Source: Lingula anatina
Lineage: Eukaryota > Animalia > Brachiopoda
Assembly (NCBI GenBank): GCA_051362555.1
Contig: CM120640.1
Coordinates: 40,278,788 to 40,342,787, forward strand
Direction: 5' to 3'
DNA: 64,000 nucleotides
Each line of letters begins with the position of its first letter. Positions within the stretch are counted from its first letter, which is position 1. Below, in pieces: positions 1 to 64,000 of this stretch. The notes below the pieces were generated by a model that worked only from the letters and a program-made list of their open reading frames with translations, was not told the origin of the DNA and did not search any database. The translations under genes were made by a program, and so were the position numbers.

Positions 1-176
1 CCATATTTATGTAACAAACTTATTAAAAAAATGATTTAAAAAAAATCAAGTTCCTTTAGTGACAGTCCTGGCAAAGTGAACCACAGTAAAAATCACACTT
101 TAAATACTTAATATATTCAAAATAAAAAATGAGGAAATAAAAAGGGAGAAACACAAATCACATACTACATCATGTC

Positions 177-303
177 TTAAAACATGGTTTGAGCAGAAAA
201 CAAAAGGCTATGTGGTGTCATATTCCAAAGAAAGTGACAACATGCACAAATGCAGCATAGAGCATAACCTAGCCTTTTGCTTTCTGCTCAAACTGTGGTT
301 TAA
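177..303. mobile_element. Small inverted-repeat (MITE-like) element
   Basis: ~37-bp arms ttaaaacatggtttgagcagaaaacaaaaggctatgt (177-213) and acctagccttttgctttctgctcaaactgtggtttaa (267-303) are near reverse complements; both outer ends read TTAA. Confidence 0.45.
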
Positions 304-975
304 GCCACTTCTCGTAAAGCTTTATGCAATATAGAATTCAATAGTATAATAGAGCATCCTCTATTCCACATGAAGCTCCATGCCTTGTACTTTATCTATG
401 AAACAAAATATTTAAAGAAGGCAGGACAAAATAAGGGTAAATGGGTTATATATTCAATACAAAAAGCCTCTATGGTGATTACTCAACATTTTCAACAAAA
501 AGAATCAATGAATTTCATTAAAAATGCTTTGTTAGTAATGCTTCAAAATACTGATTTGTAAGTTTTTAATAGAAGGTTGGAACTATTTTGAAAAGCACAT
601 TTGTAACTAAAATGGTAAATCTTCAAAAAGTAATATTATAACAGAGTAAGTGAGGTATTTGAAAATTCTGAGTAATTACCACAGATTTGTGTACACTCTG
701 CTAAGCAGTCTAAAAGCAGTGTCACAACACGGATCAGGTTTATTATATGTATTGCATTACATGTTGCAGTTGACCAGATATAGGGCTGCAAAACCATATA
801 GTATACTTCTCATATTCACTAATTATTTATACTTGAATATTTGTATATTTCAAAACGTGGGAAAAAAACAAAAAATTCTAACAAAAAAAGTGACAAGAAC
901 AATTTTTTACAAACCCATGGAAAAACACAAATAGAAAATAATCAAATACTTCCAAGAACTATACCCTAGTCTCAC

Positions 976-1191
976 CTGGAGTGTTTACACTTTTTGTCTT
1001 ATTTCTGGCTCCCCCTGTCTGTACAGACACATTCTGAGAGTGTGGAGAGTTGCCTGTATATGTATCATTTTTCCCTTCACCCACATGGGAATTCTGATTA
1101 TCTACACTGGAAGTCCTATTGTTATTGTCAGTCCTGTTGCCGTTTGATATATCTTTAGGACCACCACCTTGGGACACAGATATGGAACTAC
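976..1191 (-). CDS. GOLM-like exon 8, 216-nt symmetric S/N/T-rich exon with several NxS/T sequons
   Basis: Inside ORF 959..1237; ttttag acceptor, CCA G|gtgag donor; phase 1 to 1; gene continues leftwards. Confidence 0.6.
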
Positions 1192-4100
1192 CTAAAACCA
1201 AGGTTGACAGGATGACAAGAAAAGCAGAGAATAGCATGGGGAGAGAGAAAGAGGGGGGAAGATTATAAAGACCATACAGTGATGTTCTATTTGAGGTACT
1301 GTTTTATCGTCTCAAAAAGATAATTTGTTGTAAAATGCTTTAAAAATCTGAATACTTGAGAAGAACTTCATAATTTACATTTGTCAATTTCAGTTTTAAA
1401 GGAAAGGATATAAAATATGTGACATCATTGCCACATGTTATCAAATACTTGAAATTACATAATGCATTACCAGCCTATTATTTATTCCTAAGAAGCCAAT
1501 TTGAAGAAGTTTTCGTAAAGAAAGATATGCCAGTCTGTTAAGGTACCACAAGCAATGGATCCACAGTGATAATAAGCATTTGAAATCAATACATGAGGAG
1601 CATATACCTCATAACAACTACAGAAAAGCCAAATAAATCAACTCCTTATAAAGAACAAGGCTATAAGAAAAACATATCTTCTGCATCATCAAAATATATG
1701 TAACTGAAAGTCTACACCTCATTCTCCAGCAGACATGGATCTCTCAAGCAACTGACCAAGTGTACATGAATTTTCTTCAACTCACCATAAGACACTTAAA
1801 AGAAAGACCTGCATTAGTCCATTCACTCGACAGCTATTTTTTAAGCTAGTCCAACCCTGAAGAGGGCATTCCTTAGCCTTTACCCACCAAACCAATATGT
1901 AAATATACACACATATAGATACCATTTTCCAGAGTCCATCCACCACAGACATTTACTTCCCAATCCAGGTCAGAGACAAGCAAATCACCAACAAAAACTC
2001 ACCTCTTGAGTTAGAACCTAAATTCAGCAACCAGTTAAGAAATGACGGGGCTTCTGTCCCACCGTCGCTATTAGTATCAGTAGTAGTAGACACAGGGATA
2101 ATTGAAAAATTGCTCCCACTACCCGTGGGGTAAATGGTTGAAGCAGCCAAGGTGAATGCCCCACTGTCTAAGACCACATTCTCAACCACAGCTTGTGTAC
2201 CTGTTGTTGTTTGAATACCACTGTCGTCGGAAGATGTATCAAATTCTTGAGGCTGGTCTGTGTGACTGCTAGTGCTTTCTTCGTCTGGTTGACCAACAGC
2301 TGGAGGTTTCAGGGCAGATTCCAAAGGTGCGTTGATTTCATTGCTGAAAGAACTCCCAGGGGGGTTGGCATCTCCACTCTGAGGGTATGGCAAAACACCT
2401 TCAGATCCAGGTGGGTTGTTCTCAATTATAGGGGACGCCATGTTACCATTGGCAGCATTGAACTCTAGTGCTGAGTGGACAGTGTTTGGAGGAATGGCAT
2501 TAGATTCAACAGGCTGCTGTAAAATGGGGGCCAGACCCTGGGCACTGTCAATGTCACCAGTCCTGGGAACAGCCTGATAAGCAGTTTCAACAGGTTGGCC
2601 AAATTCTGCTGGAAGCCCCACAGTTCCTGGCTGCTGTCTTCCCATTGGGTTAACGACGTAGTTTGCATTTGCACCTGGTGACTCATAACCACCTTGGGGA
2701 TTCTGATAAACATAGGGCTGTCCTGCTCCTGGTGGAGAATTGAGATGGTTTTGAGGTGGAGAATGCTGACCAGGTACAACAAAATGTTTGAAAGGGGAAG
2801 TATTAGCAGCCAAATAAGACCCAGATGACTCCTGACCACCAAGATTATTACCACCATGACGAATTCCCTGACTATTACTGTTATATGTTCCACTAACTTC
2901 CCAAGGTAATTCCAGACCAGTTTCACCATCCTGATAGCCTAAAATATATTCTGTGGTTTCAGACTTGAACATGCAACTTCATTTCAACCACCATTTTCAC
3001 TGGAGCAATAGAAAAAGCCAACGTAGCACTTGGAACCAACAACTCTGACTGCAGTCCCATTCTCCACATAGCTGATCTTAGATTTAAACCAATATTATAT
3101 GAATTCTCATGTACATCTAAAAAGAAGGCCCATCCAAAGAACAAGCTAAAACTTCATAAACTTTCTTCCATTCACAAATGAAGTCTCCACGTAAAAGGCG
3201 ATGAAGTAATACAGTAATAGAACAGTATAACCTCGACAAAATCCTTTTTTCACTTTCCTAAATCTTAAACATGGATTGATATCCCAAAGCAAGATCAAAT
3301 TGGTAAATGACCATCCAAACCAAGTAACAGATACACTTGCAAATCTTTGGTCCCCAAAAGAAAAGAACATGGACGTATTTTTACATATATTCAGAACTTG
3401 TTATTTTAGAGTTGAAATTGCAGACAACCCTTCCCTTGTCCTTTACTTGATGATCATAAGTCTCATAACTGATTGTAAAACATGAATCTGTTTTTCCTAA
3501 ATGGCTTCAAATAACTCACATTAAGCAGATCAGTATCTCTTTTAAGCAATACTTTATAAGCAAAACAAGAGGAAGTAAAAGTTAGCAATGAAAATGGCAT
3601 CCAGTGAAAGCCAATCTAAACATGGTGGATAAGACAATTTAAACATGTTAGAAACAAAATAAATTTGATACCAAATGTCTTAATTACACTACACAACTTA
3701 ATTATAACTTTCAACAATGTGTTTTCATTGGTCTGTACCTTGCTGAGATGGTAAATTCCCATTAAAACCTTGCTGCTGTTGTTGTTGTTGTTGTTGCTGT
3801 TGTTGAGGTTGCTGTGTCAATTGGCCTTGGTTTTGCTGGAACTGTCCCTGATGAATTTTATATAAAATGTTTTGTGTTATAACTAATACTTGCTATTAAG
3901 TGAAAATCTAATAATGATTGTACTAAAATAGTACTACAAATGATGAACAACATTTGTACACAGAAAAAAAGTGACATTTGCCACATACATTGAAAATAGA
4001 TGATAATCAAAAGAGAAACAGTAAAAAAGATAAAACAATTATTAAAAGATGACCATGTTTGACCAGTGTTGACAAATACTACCTTTGTGCAAAACACAAA

Positions 4101-7100
4101 AGAACTATTAGAAAAAGCCCATGGTGACTGGCCAATCAGAGGCCTATAGCTAGTACAATTCTATAATTATAAATTATGATAATCTGATGTATACTCCACC
4201 TGCACATTCTGACCAGACAGATCCTGAGCTGGCTGCTGTCCATTCCCCTGCTGTTGTTCAAGTGGCTGAAACTGGCCAACCTGTCCACCTTGCTGTGGAA
4301 ACTGGCCACCTTGCTGCTGTGCTGCTGGATTGTTCCCTTGTTGCTGGTTATCAAACTGACCAGCAGATTGCTGCTGTGGTTGGCCTTGCTGAGCATTGGG
4401 GAGACTGGACATTGAACGAAATTGTTTTATGAAAATTATACATAGGTATAAAAAAGTTTACATTTTTATCTAACATATACTTACATGCCCCAAGGATAGA
4501 AATGATAAAGAATATTAAATTTGATGAAATGTTATGAAGTCACATGTCACCTAATGTCAGACATGAACCCAGGTTTCCAAAAAAAAAAAAATCTGGACAT
4601 TTATCATTTTATTGCAGACCTTGACGAATCTTAGAGACCATCACAATTGAATTAAAAATGCAGAATTCTGTGGAAAGGGCTCATGTCTGTAATATGCAGC
4701 ATCCAAACTATTGATTTTAATCCTCATATATGTTATAAACCACCTTCTTGAAACTTTCTTAAACAATCTGTTATAGGTCTTAAAAAGGTCATAGTGCCTC
4801 TTCCATGCTGAAACGACTATAATACACAATATATCACACTCTGGATACTTTGGTCTTACTTTTGTGGATCAGGCAATTGCTGTCCTTGGAGCAAACTTTC
4901 AATTCTCTGCCAGATTGGGGAACCATAGTCCCTGGTGATTACATCCTGGAACTTTTTCCTCTGTCGCTGTAGAGGCTCTTCACAGTTAGTGCTGAAAACG
5001 TTCCAAGAGATTTAAGTATGGTATGTACAAAAAAAGATGAGAATCAAGACAACTGAAGAGAAGATATGCAAGCTTTCAGTCAAACTTCTTCATCCAGATC
5101 ACTGACCTTAATAGAGGAAAACTGAAATAATATTACTTTGAAATCATTATTCAAGACTGAAATATTCTAGAATTTCACTGTAACATCGAGTGTCCTAGAA
5201 TAATTTATTTTCAAGAGAATGGACAATGCAACCATTAAGTGGCATAGCAATCCATGCTCATGACTGAAACATTAAACTTTATGTTTGCATACATAATGAA
5301 AAGTTTGATGGTGAATTTCAAATTTGCCCTTCATGAATGAAGAATTAATTAAGCATCCAAACGCAATTTTGTGTATTAGAGATGAGCCTAGGTTTAAAAA
5401 AAAAATCTCTAAACATTTACCATGGGACCCAACACCTAACCAGCCGAACCATCAGAACTGAATTTAAAAATGCGGAGTTCAGCACTTTGGTGGAGGGAGC
5501 TCATGTATGGTGCATACAGAAGCTATCATATCAATTTGATCAAAAACATGCTGGTATTATCAAATCAAAGTTTAATCAGCTAACTGTTGATGACTAATAT
5601 CCAGTACATTATAAATCATCATTGCATTTGTAGAAATAGTAGTTGACATATTTATATAATATTCTTAACAATTTTCTGTTTTTACTCATTACATTTGACC
5701 AGTAAACTTCATCATGCTCTTATGTTTTTTAAATATAAACTGATTTCATATACACATCACAGTTTATCACAATCAGAACTACGAAGCAGGTTATGAGGTA
5801 GAGATCATAATACAGAATTGCCACACAGGTTACTTTACTTCACTGTTTATACTCAAAGTTTCACATGAGTTACAGTGACCAAGAGATAGAACTAGAGTAG
5901 AATGTGTTTGTGGAGAGGGAGACAGATAGAGAGAAAGAAAAAAAGAAAGAAAGAAAGAAAGACAGAGAGTATTAATAATTTAGAGTACCTTTGTGATACA
6001 GCTGTTCTCGCCTTATCTTTTGCTTGCTCCAGTTCACCTAATGTCTGCTTATAGTCACCTGGAATTTTAATTAGGACACATTTTGATATCAAACTGATTG
6101 TATTCATCTGTGATTTCTTATTTGCCTTATGCTAAATATAGATAGATCAGCTATTCAGTATCAGAATGTTTCATGCATAGAATCAATATCTTAAATCGCT
6201 GGGAAGTAATGAAGACTGAAAGAAACTGCTGTGGATTTAAGTATTCTTATATATTCTCAAATTAATTTCACATACGTATATATACATAAAAGCATTTAAT
6301 GTATTCAGTTGAAAAAAAGCATATATCCAGGTCATTTTTTCTGTCTCAGTGGAATATAAAATGGCTTGCCTGTTTTAATACCATTGTACATAATGGCATA
6401 AAAGGTAACAAGTGAGATAGTGTACCATCCAAAAAAAAAAAAGAATACTCACCAAGTAGTTTTTCCATAGCATTTGCAACGGTGGTCAAATTGCTTCTGC
6501 ATACTGACTAAAAAAGAAATGAAAAAATCGCTTATACATCACCCTCCCTGTATTCAAATGACACTACTAGAACAAAAAAACTTAGTCAAAAAATTATTTT
6601 AGTTCCACAACACTTTCCCTTCTCTTTAACTCTATAATTGTGTACTTCCATGCTTCCATGATTCCATTTATTCTATTTCTCCTGATATACATGAATCTCA
6701 CAACAAAAAAAAAACATGGCCCCGTAACTCGAAAGCATCACACGTTGCGACCGAGCACAAACGTCTCGATTCCATAACTCGCCCATACTGGTCACATATA
6801 ATAATACATTGTAGCCTCTTTCTGATATCGCTATAAGCAAAGTGCGATGCTTTCTAGTTACGGGGTCCATATTTCTTTTTAGCATGGATAATATATCAAA
6901 AATCTTTTGTTATAAGATGAAAGCACATTTATATTCAGTAAGTGCTGCTTCTTTTCATTTCCACTGTTGTAAATAATGTTCTTACAGCACAATACCATGC
7001 TACCTGTAATGACTGTGTTCAGATGGCATGACCACACAAAACACAAAGGTGGAAGGGTTGGGTGGTGGGGGGTAAAACACATTCCTATTATATGAAAGAT

Positions 7101-9767
7101 TAACAAGGCATAAAAACCCCACCTTTGCTGCTTACTAATATTAGTCCTTATTTTTTGCAGTCTGAAAACATTTTTTAAAACTGTTCAAAATTTTGCCTTA
7201 AATATCTGATTTAGGTGTACTACAGCATTGTCAAATCCTTTTTGGCTTCACCATAAAATCAGGTAAGCTAAATCAAAGACAAGAATATAATTTTGGTATA
7301 GATCAAATGGTATTATTTTTCGAATGAGCTGTTGCCTCCAAGGGACAATAAATTCTATGCACAGTTTGAGGAAAACATGTTCACATAGCAGTGAGCTCTC
7401 ATTCATTTTAACATTGCTTCTGTAAAAATTTTACCAAATTGGTTAAATATTAAAGGTACTCTCCATGGGTTTGAAACTTCCCCAAAAGCTTACTTTTGCC
7501 ATCCACAGCTTCTTATAAAAACCTTACATACACCTGACATACATTTTAACTCCTTATATATTTTTTTTTCTGCAGCGTACTTGATGTTATATTTACAAAG
7601 GAACATATACTGTAGGGAAATGGTCGCTTGTTATAATGAGTGGCCAGTCATTTTCAACTAAATCAACCTTTAAAAATTTAATTAAGGGTCAAATCCAAGT
7701 GCAGAGAGGGATAGATAAATGATTCATGAGTATGAGAATATTGCTTATTTTCCTGGGATTCTGGGAAAATACATTTTGGTGGGAAAATCTCACAGAGTTG
7801 CTTTTTAATGCCTCTAAAACAATAAGTTTGTTTAAAATTGTATTAAAATTTAGCCAATCACAAAATGACTCCAGTTTGTGTACCTCTATGAAAGCTTTAT
7901 TAGTATGGACAGAAAAAAAGTTAAATGACTCTAGTTAAACTAAGTTTATGTAACTCTGTGAAAGCCTCATTAGTATGAAAGGAATACAAGCAACCAAATA
8001 TTTCCTGAAGCCAAACACTTAGTATGGTCAGATTTCATTCATTTCAACTCCACAGGAAAGTCAGTTATATAATATGCTATAACATAGCTGAATGGAATCC
8101 AGCGTGACTATGATTTAAGCCTAGATCCAATGATATATGACATATATATATATATATGACTATCCACTTGGATAAAACCTGTCAGCTAACAAGTTTAGGA
8201 TTCTGGGTTCACATCAAACAGACTCAATAATTTTATATCTTGGTAAATTCAGAAGACTGATGACTTTTACAACTTCCTCCAATATATCATGTGTATGCAG
8301 CCCTTTATGACTTCAAGGTGTATATTTTCCCCATGATACGCCTTGGGAAATGAGCAAATTAAGCATACCTTTAGGTCATACAGCTGTATGTGTTAACTTT
8401 TAGCATGATTTGCCATATAAGTAAATGCAAGAATATGATGTCATATATAGTAGATGGTTGCACATTCTTGGTGTATGTTGTAGGGCACTCTATGATATTC
8501 TACTTTAAAGTTCAGCTAAAGTTGCATTACAGATCTATAGAACAAGTACTTTTACAAACAAAAGAATCATTCATTCACAATATCTAATGGAACAGTGAAA
8601 GCATTTCGACAATAACCTGCATAAAACCTTGCCATTTCAAGATAGGCATGAGGTTATAAATACTTAATCTATTATCTACGCAGAAGTCTATGCCTGTATA
8701 TTCATATATTAATACTAAAGACTGCTATTTCACATGCACAGCTGCTGCAGCCTTTTCATATTTTTCAGCACAGAGTATGTTTAGTCAACTAATCTGGAAC
8801 ATGTAAAAATGATCAATAATTCAGCTGTAATGTAGGTCTGATGATGATTCACTATCATCCATGAAGACATTTTACTGCGAAGTTAAAAAGTTTTTCAATA
8901 AATATTGCAACACTGAAAATAATTCATCACTGTATGATATTGAATGTTAATTGTCATCAAATAAATTGCAATTGCACCACTGTATAAAACCATTTCAAAG
9001 AAGCTATCTGCTTTTTATAGAGAGGATTTTCCAACTGAAATCTTAAATGACATTTTCATCATATCTTTGACACTGACTGAAAAATAATGAACCGGAAGAA
9101 TTATTAATGACACATACTTTGTGTTCACATACTGTGTGAACTGTTCAAATTCACATGATCAATGTGACAAATAATAAATTTAATATTTTTTTCAAAAAGT
9201 TACAACCGATAAAGAGGTTCTGTTAAATACATAAACCGGTAATGCATGGCTCGATGCCCTATTGATAAAAAAACATATAAAAACAAAGGTGCAGTTTCTT
9301 GATTCTACTGAATAATTATTGTGATAGGAAAGATAAATGTCATTATAATTTAATGGATTGCCATGGACACAGAACAGCGCACTTACCACTTCATCTCTAC
9401 ATGTACCCGTTTCTTGCTTGTGTTTATCAATTTCATCCTTTAAATGACTAATCTGCGTACTCAGATCGTTGTTCTCTACAAGTTTCTGGCTCGATTCTTT
9501 CTGAACTACTTTGAGATTGTCTTCATTTTCTTTCATTCGGCTCAATAAGGCCTCCGCCCGTTTTTCAATGCTCAACTTGTTCTGAGTCGCTAGTCTTAAT
9601 TTCATAGAGAGATCAGAAACTTCTCTCAAAAGTTCACTGTTGCGTGAAGAGACACTCCAGTAGTTGAATGCTAAAATTGCAATCACTACAAACAGTCCAA
9701 TTATGACAAAAGGCGGAGATCTTCCAGAAGGCCTCATTCCTCCTCTCGGTGTTCCGCTCGACGCCAT
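976..9767 (-). CDS. GOLM2: GOLM1/GOLM2(CASC4)-family type II Golgi membrane protein, multi-exon, 3' end beyond the left edge of the window
   Basis: Exon 1 encodes MASSGTPRGGMRPSGRSPPFVIIGLFVVIAILAFNYWSVSSRNSELLREV...: short cytosolic tail, signal-anchor TM ending in the family motif LAFNYWSxSSR, then coiled coil. It resembles both GOLM1 (SPP...FNYW) and GOLM2/CASC4 (LAFNYWSISSR) as recalled, so is probably co-orthologous to both. Phase-compatible GT-AG exons: 9767-9387, 6507-6453, 6058-5989, 4991-4860, 4404-4200, 3847-3739, 2938-2003, 1191-976. Confidence 0.8.
2003..2938 (-). CDS. GOLM-like exon 7, 936-nt symmetric exon encoding a low-complexity P/S/T/N/G/Q-rich segment
   Basis: Inside ORF 1953..2972; ttttag|GC TAT CAG acceptor and AGA G|gtgagt donor; phase 1 to 1. 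Confidence 0.6.
3739..3847 (-). CDS. GOLM-like exon 6 (poly-Q: GQFQQNQGQLTQQPQQQQ...QGFNGNLPSQQ)
   Basis: catcag acceptor, G|gtac donor; 109 nt, phase 0 to 1; CAA/CAG run at ~3771-3805. Confidence 0.7.
4200..4404 (-). CDS. GOLM-like exon 5 (Q/G-rich)
   Basis: Matches ORF 4167..4412 (LPNAQQGQPQQQ...); ccag acceptor, CAG|gtggag donor; phase 2 to 0. Confidence 0.7.
4860..4991 (-). CDS. GOLM-like exon 4 (TNCEEPLQRQRKKFQDVITRDYGSPIWQRIESLLQGQQLPDPQ)
   Basis: ttttcag acceptor, AA|gtaag donor; 132 nt, phase 2 to 2, open frame. Confidence 0.75.
5989..6058 (-). CDS. GOLM-like exon 3 (DYKQTLGELEQAKDKARTAVSQ, coiled-coil like)
   Basis: ttccag acceptor, AG|gtac donor; 70 nt, phase 1 to 2. Confidence 0.75.
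6453..6507 (-). CDS. GOLM-like exon 2 (SVCRSNLTTVANAMEKLL-G)
   Basis: Pyrimidine tract + tag acceptor, G|gtgagt donor; 55 nt, phase 0 to 1. Confidence 0.7.
6706..6880. mobile_element. MITE-like element with ~40-bp imperfect terminal inverted repeats
   Basis: aaacatggccccgtaactcgaaagcatcacacgttgc (6712-6748) versus gcaaagtgcgatgctttctagttacggggtccatattt (6837-6874); CpG-rich relative to the surrounding intron. Confidence 0.6.
9387..9767 (-). CDS. GOLM2: GOLM-like exon 1 (cytosolic tail, TM, coiled coil; 127 codons)
   Basis: ATG in CAACATGGCG context; donor GTG|gtaagt at 9386; phase 0. Confidence 0.85.
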
Positions 9768-10406
9768 GTTGTGTGTGGCGACCTCAGGGAAAGGTGAAGG
9801 TCGTGTCAGTACAGGTGTCAGCAGCGGATGTATTCCTACCTTAGAAGTCTTCGTGACGTGCCTACCCACGCATCTCCCACATGACAGACATTTATTTCTT
9901 TTCTTTTCTTTTTCTTTTTTTTTTTCGCTTTTATCTGTTATATTTCTAAATGGTATTGAATTATTTTAAGGAATGATAAGCCAAGAAAGAAATAAGTTTC
10001 TTACCTTTTTGCAAATGTGTAAATCATGGAAATTTTAAAATGCATACTTTGTTAATACCCGAAATATTCGTATTCAGTAACGAAGGTTTTAGCATAATTC
10101 CATGGTTTTATTTTATTTGAAAATAACAACCCTTTGGAATAATGTTCACACCTTATTAATACAGTACTAACAAAAAATAAACTGCGCTACATACGTATTT
10201 CGAAATGCCTGTTTATTTTACCAAGGAGTTGCAACAGACACATTTTGTCCTCAACCTAAGATATATTTTTCACAATGACTGGTAACGAAGGTTTTTCAAA
10301 TTCCTTTTACAGAGAATGCAGTTTTATTGTGTTTCGTGTAAAACATTTTGACTGTGCCCTGTCGCCATATTGTCTAGCTTATCATGGATGTTTATTAATT
10401 AAAAGT

Positions 10407-10483
<77 letters not shown>

Positions 10484-11905
10484 CTAAAAATAATGACCCG
10501 CCGCAAAAGCAAAAGATGTCACGAAGTTTTTTTTTTTTTTTTTTTTTTCAATTTTTAAAGGCTGGCGACGCTGCAAAAATAGCAGCAAGCTATATATATA
10601 TATTGCATTGTTTTAAATTAATATTTTAACTATTTTCTGAGATGTTAGACAACATATATTCGCTCCCTGACAATTAAGTTGCGAAGTTTCTACTTTAGTA
10701 AAAAATAAACTAGATCGACTGGAGAATGTGAGATGGTGATGCTAGGGATTCGACACTTAGTTGCTAGACTTATGTTATTAAAGCTCCACTTGGCCAAACA
10801 AGTTTTGGCTCGCTTATTTTTAAAAAATGAAAAAATAAATCAAATATACCTATATATATCTTGAGAATCAGTCAGTACCGGTATGGCCACGTTTGTTGAT
10901 ATGTTTCTTGCCTTCACTTGACAGAGGCCTATAATGGGCGTGACTCACCCTGAGTTATTGTTATAAATCATTATCATTATTCTGTAGATTAATTAAGAGA
11001 CCAAAACCAAAATATTTTATTAAGCTTAATTGGAAATATCACTGCAGCATGCCACGTTGGCAAAGCTGAAATCTGGACAAGTGTACGAAAAAAAATTTAT
11101 GTTTGATTTTTTTAATTTGATTTTAGAAAAACCAATGCCGGTGAAAAATTGTGATGAAAATAAAAATGTAAATAAACATAAAAACTGATATAATGAAATA
11201 GATCCCTTTATATGAGTATGAAAAAAAAAAAAAACGATTGAAAGAAAAATATTTAGGGCATCGCACAGGTTTAATTTGCTTTCCCCGTGCCATAATCAAA
11301 CACTGTAACTATACATAATGTATCTCATATGTCATCTTGCTATGGTGTTAAATAATTCAAAAAGACTGGCATTCAGCTAGGCTGAATCGCTTTGTAGAAT
11401 CAATCAAATCAATACCCATGTCCGCATGAGAGTATTAATGCTATATATCATATTAGCTATCCCCGTTGAAAATAACCTTATTGAATTTCCACTGATGCAT
11501 TAACATGCAATTAAAGATTAAAAAACATGTACATATGATACTTTGGAAGCTCTTTCTTTTATACCTTAAACAAACACATTATGTACCTCATATTTACAGA
11601 GCATTACATTTTCTTTGTTGTGTGCAAAATATTTAGTTTACCGTTGCCAAGCAATATATTTACCGCACGTCACAGATTTGACCTATTTATCTACAGGTGC
11701 GCGCCGCCATCTTGTTCCTGTTTAACACCCTATGGGTGCAAAATTATAGATTTTTATCACGATACTCTGTTATTCTTCGCTTCTACTACGGTAAAACAGA
11801 AACTGAAACATTTGACACAGGAGCTATATACACGAAGATCAGGATATAATCAAGACGGCGCAAGGAAGAGATGAAAGATGCTCCTGTCATAAGATACATT
11901 GTAGA
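9768..11905. promoter_or_regulatory. Divergent intergenic/promoter region between the two genes
   Basis: Start codons 2.1 kb apart on opposite strands; CpG visibly more frequent than in gene bodies; YY1-like CCGCCATCTT at ~11703-11712, X-box-like GTTGCCAAGCAAT at 11643-11655, forkhead TAAACAAACA at 11567-11576. Confidence 0.5.
10408..10481. repeat. Compound (TAAA)n(TAA)n microsatellite
   Basis: Direct reading. Confidence 0.95.

Positions 11906-64000
<52,095 letters not shown>

Noticed and set aside
959-1237. ORF with apparent signal peptide MLFSAFLVILSTLVLG as an independent secreted protein
   Set aside because: The hydrophobic start is the translated pyrimidine tract before the 1192 acceptor; better explained as an internal GOLM-like exon.
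7450-7673. Possible TTAA-AGGT...ACCT-TTAA transposon
   Set aside because: Only 4 bp of inverted match inside the TTAA; insufficient evidence.
9768-9869. N-terminal extension of ORF 9192..9869 (MGRHVTK...)
   Set aside because: The ORF track starts at a non-ATG codon; the ATG at 9767 has strong context and gives the family-typical short cytosolic tail.
10778-11080. ttaaagctccact... start resembling a TTAA-type MITE terminus
   Set aside because: No matching right terminus found.

Overview
AT-rich, intron-rich animal genomic DNA, probably from an invertebrate; the taxon cannot be fixed from the sequence. Two genes sit head-to-head about 2.1 kb apart. (1) Minus strand, 9767 to <976: a GOLM1/GOLM2(CASC4)-family type II Golgi membrane protein with 8 reconstructed exons and a long Q/P/S/T/N-rich low-complexity luminal region. 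It runs off the left edge. (2) Plus strand, 11906 to >64000: a giant signal-peptide-bearing cysteine-repeat protein (Ephrin_rec_like/GCC2-GCC3-type CPxGxYC modules). I reconstructed 75 phase-compatible GT-AG exons by hand (about 21.8 kb CDS, over 7,270 aa) without reaching a stop codon. It has an N-terminal array of ~48-aa repeats, then a ~700-aa super-repeat (at least 6 periods). Best second-look items: a 9-nt microexon with TACTAAC/UGC/GTAAGT signals whose inclusion converts a short repeat module into the long module class; a 21-nt microexon followed by a TGCATG cluster; RFX X-box-like and forkhead motifs upstream, suggesting a ciliary programme; and intron positions that differ between super-repeat copies. 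Introns also hold several MITE-like inverted-repeat elements, a nested tandem repeat and microsatellites. All coordinates and counts are manual; no database search was run.
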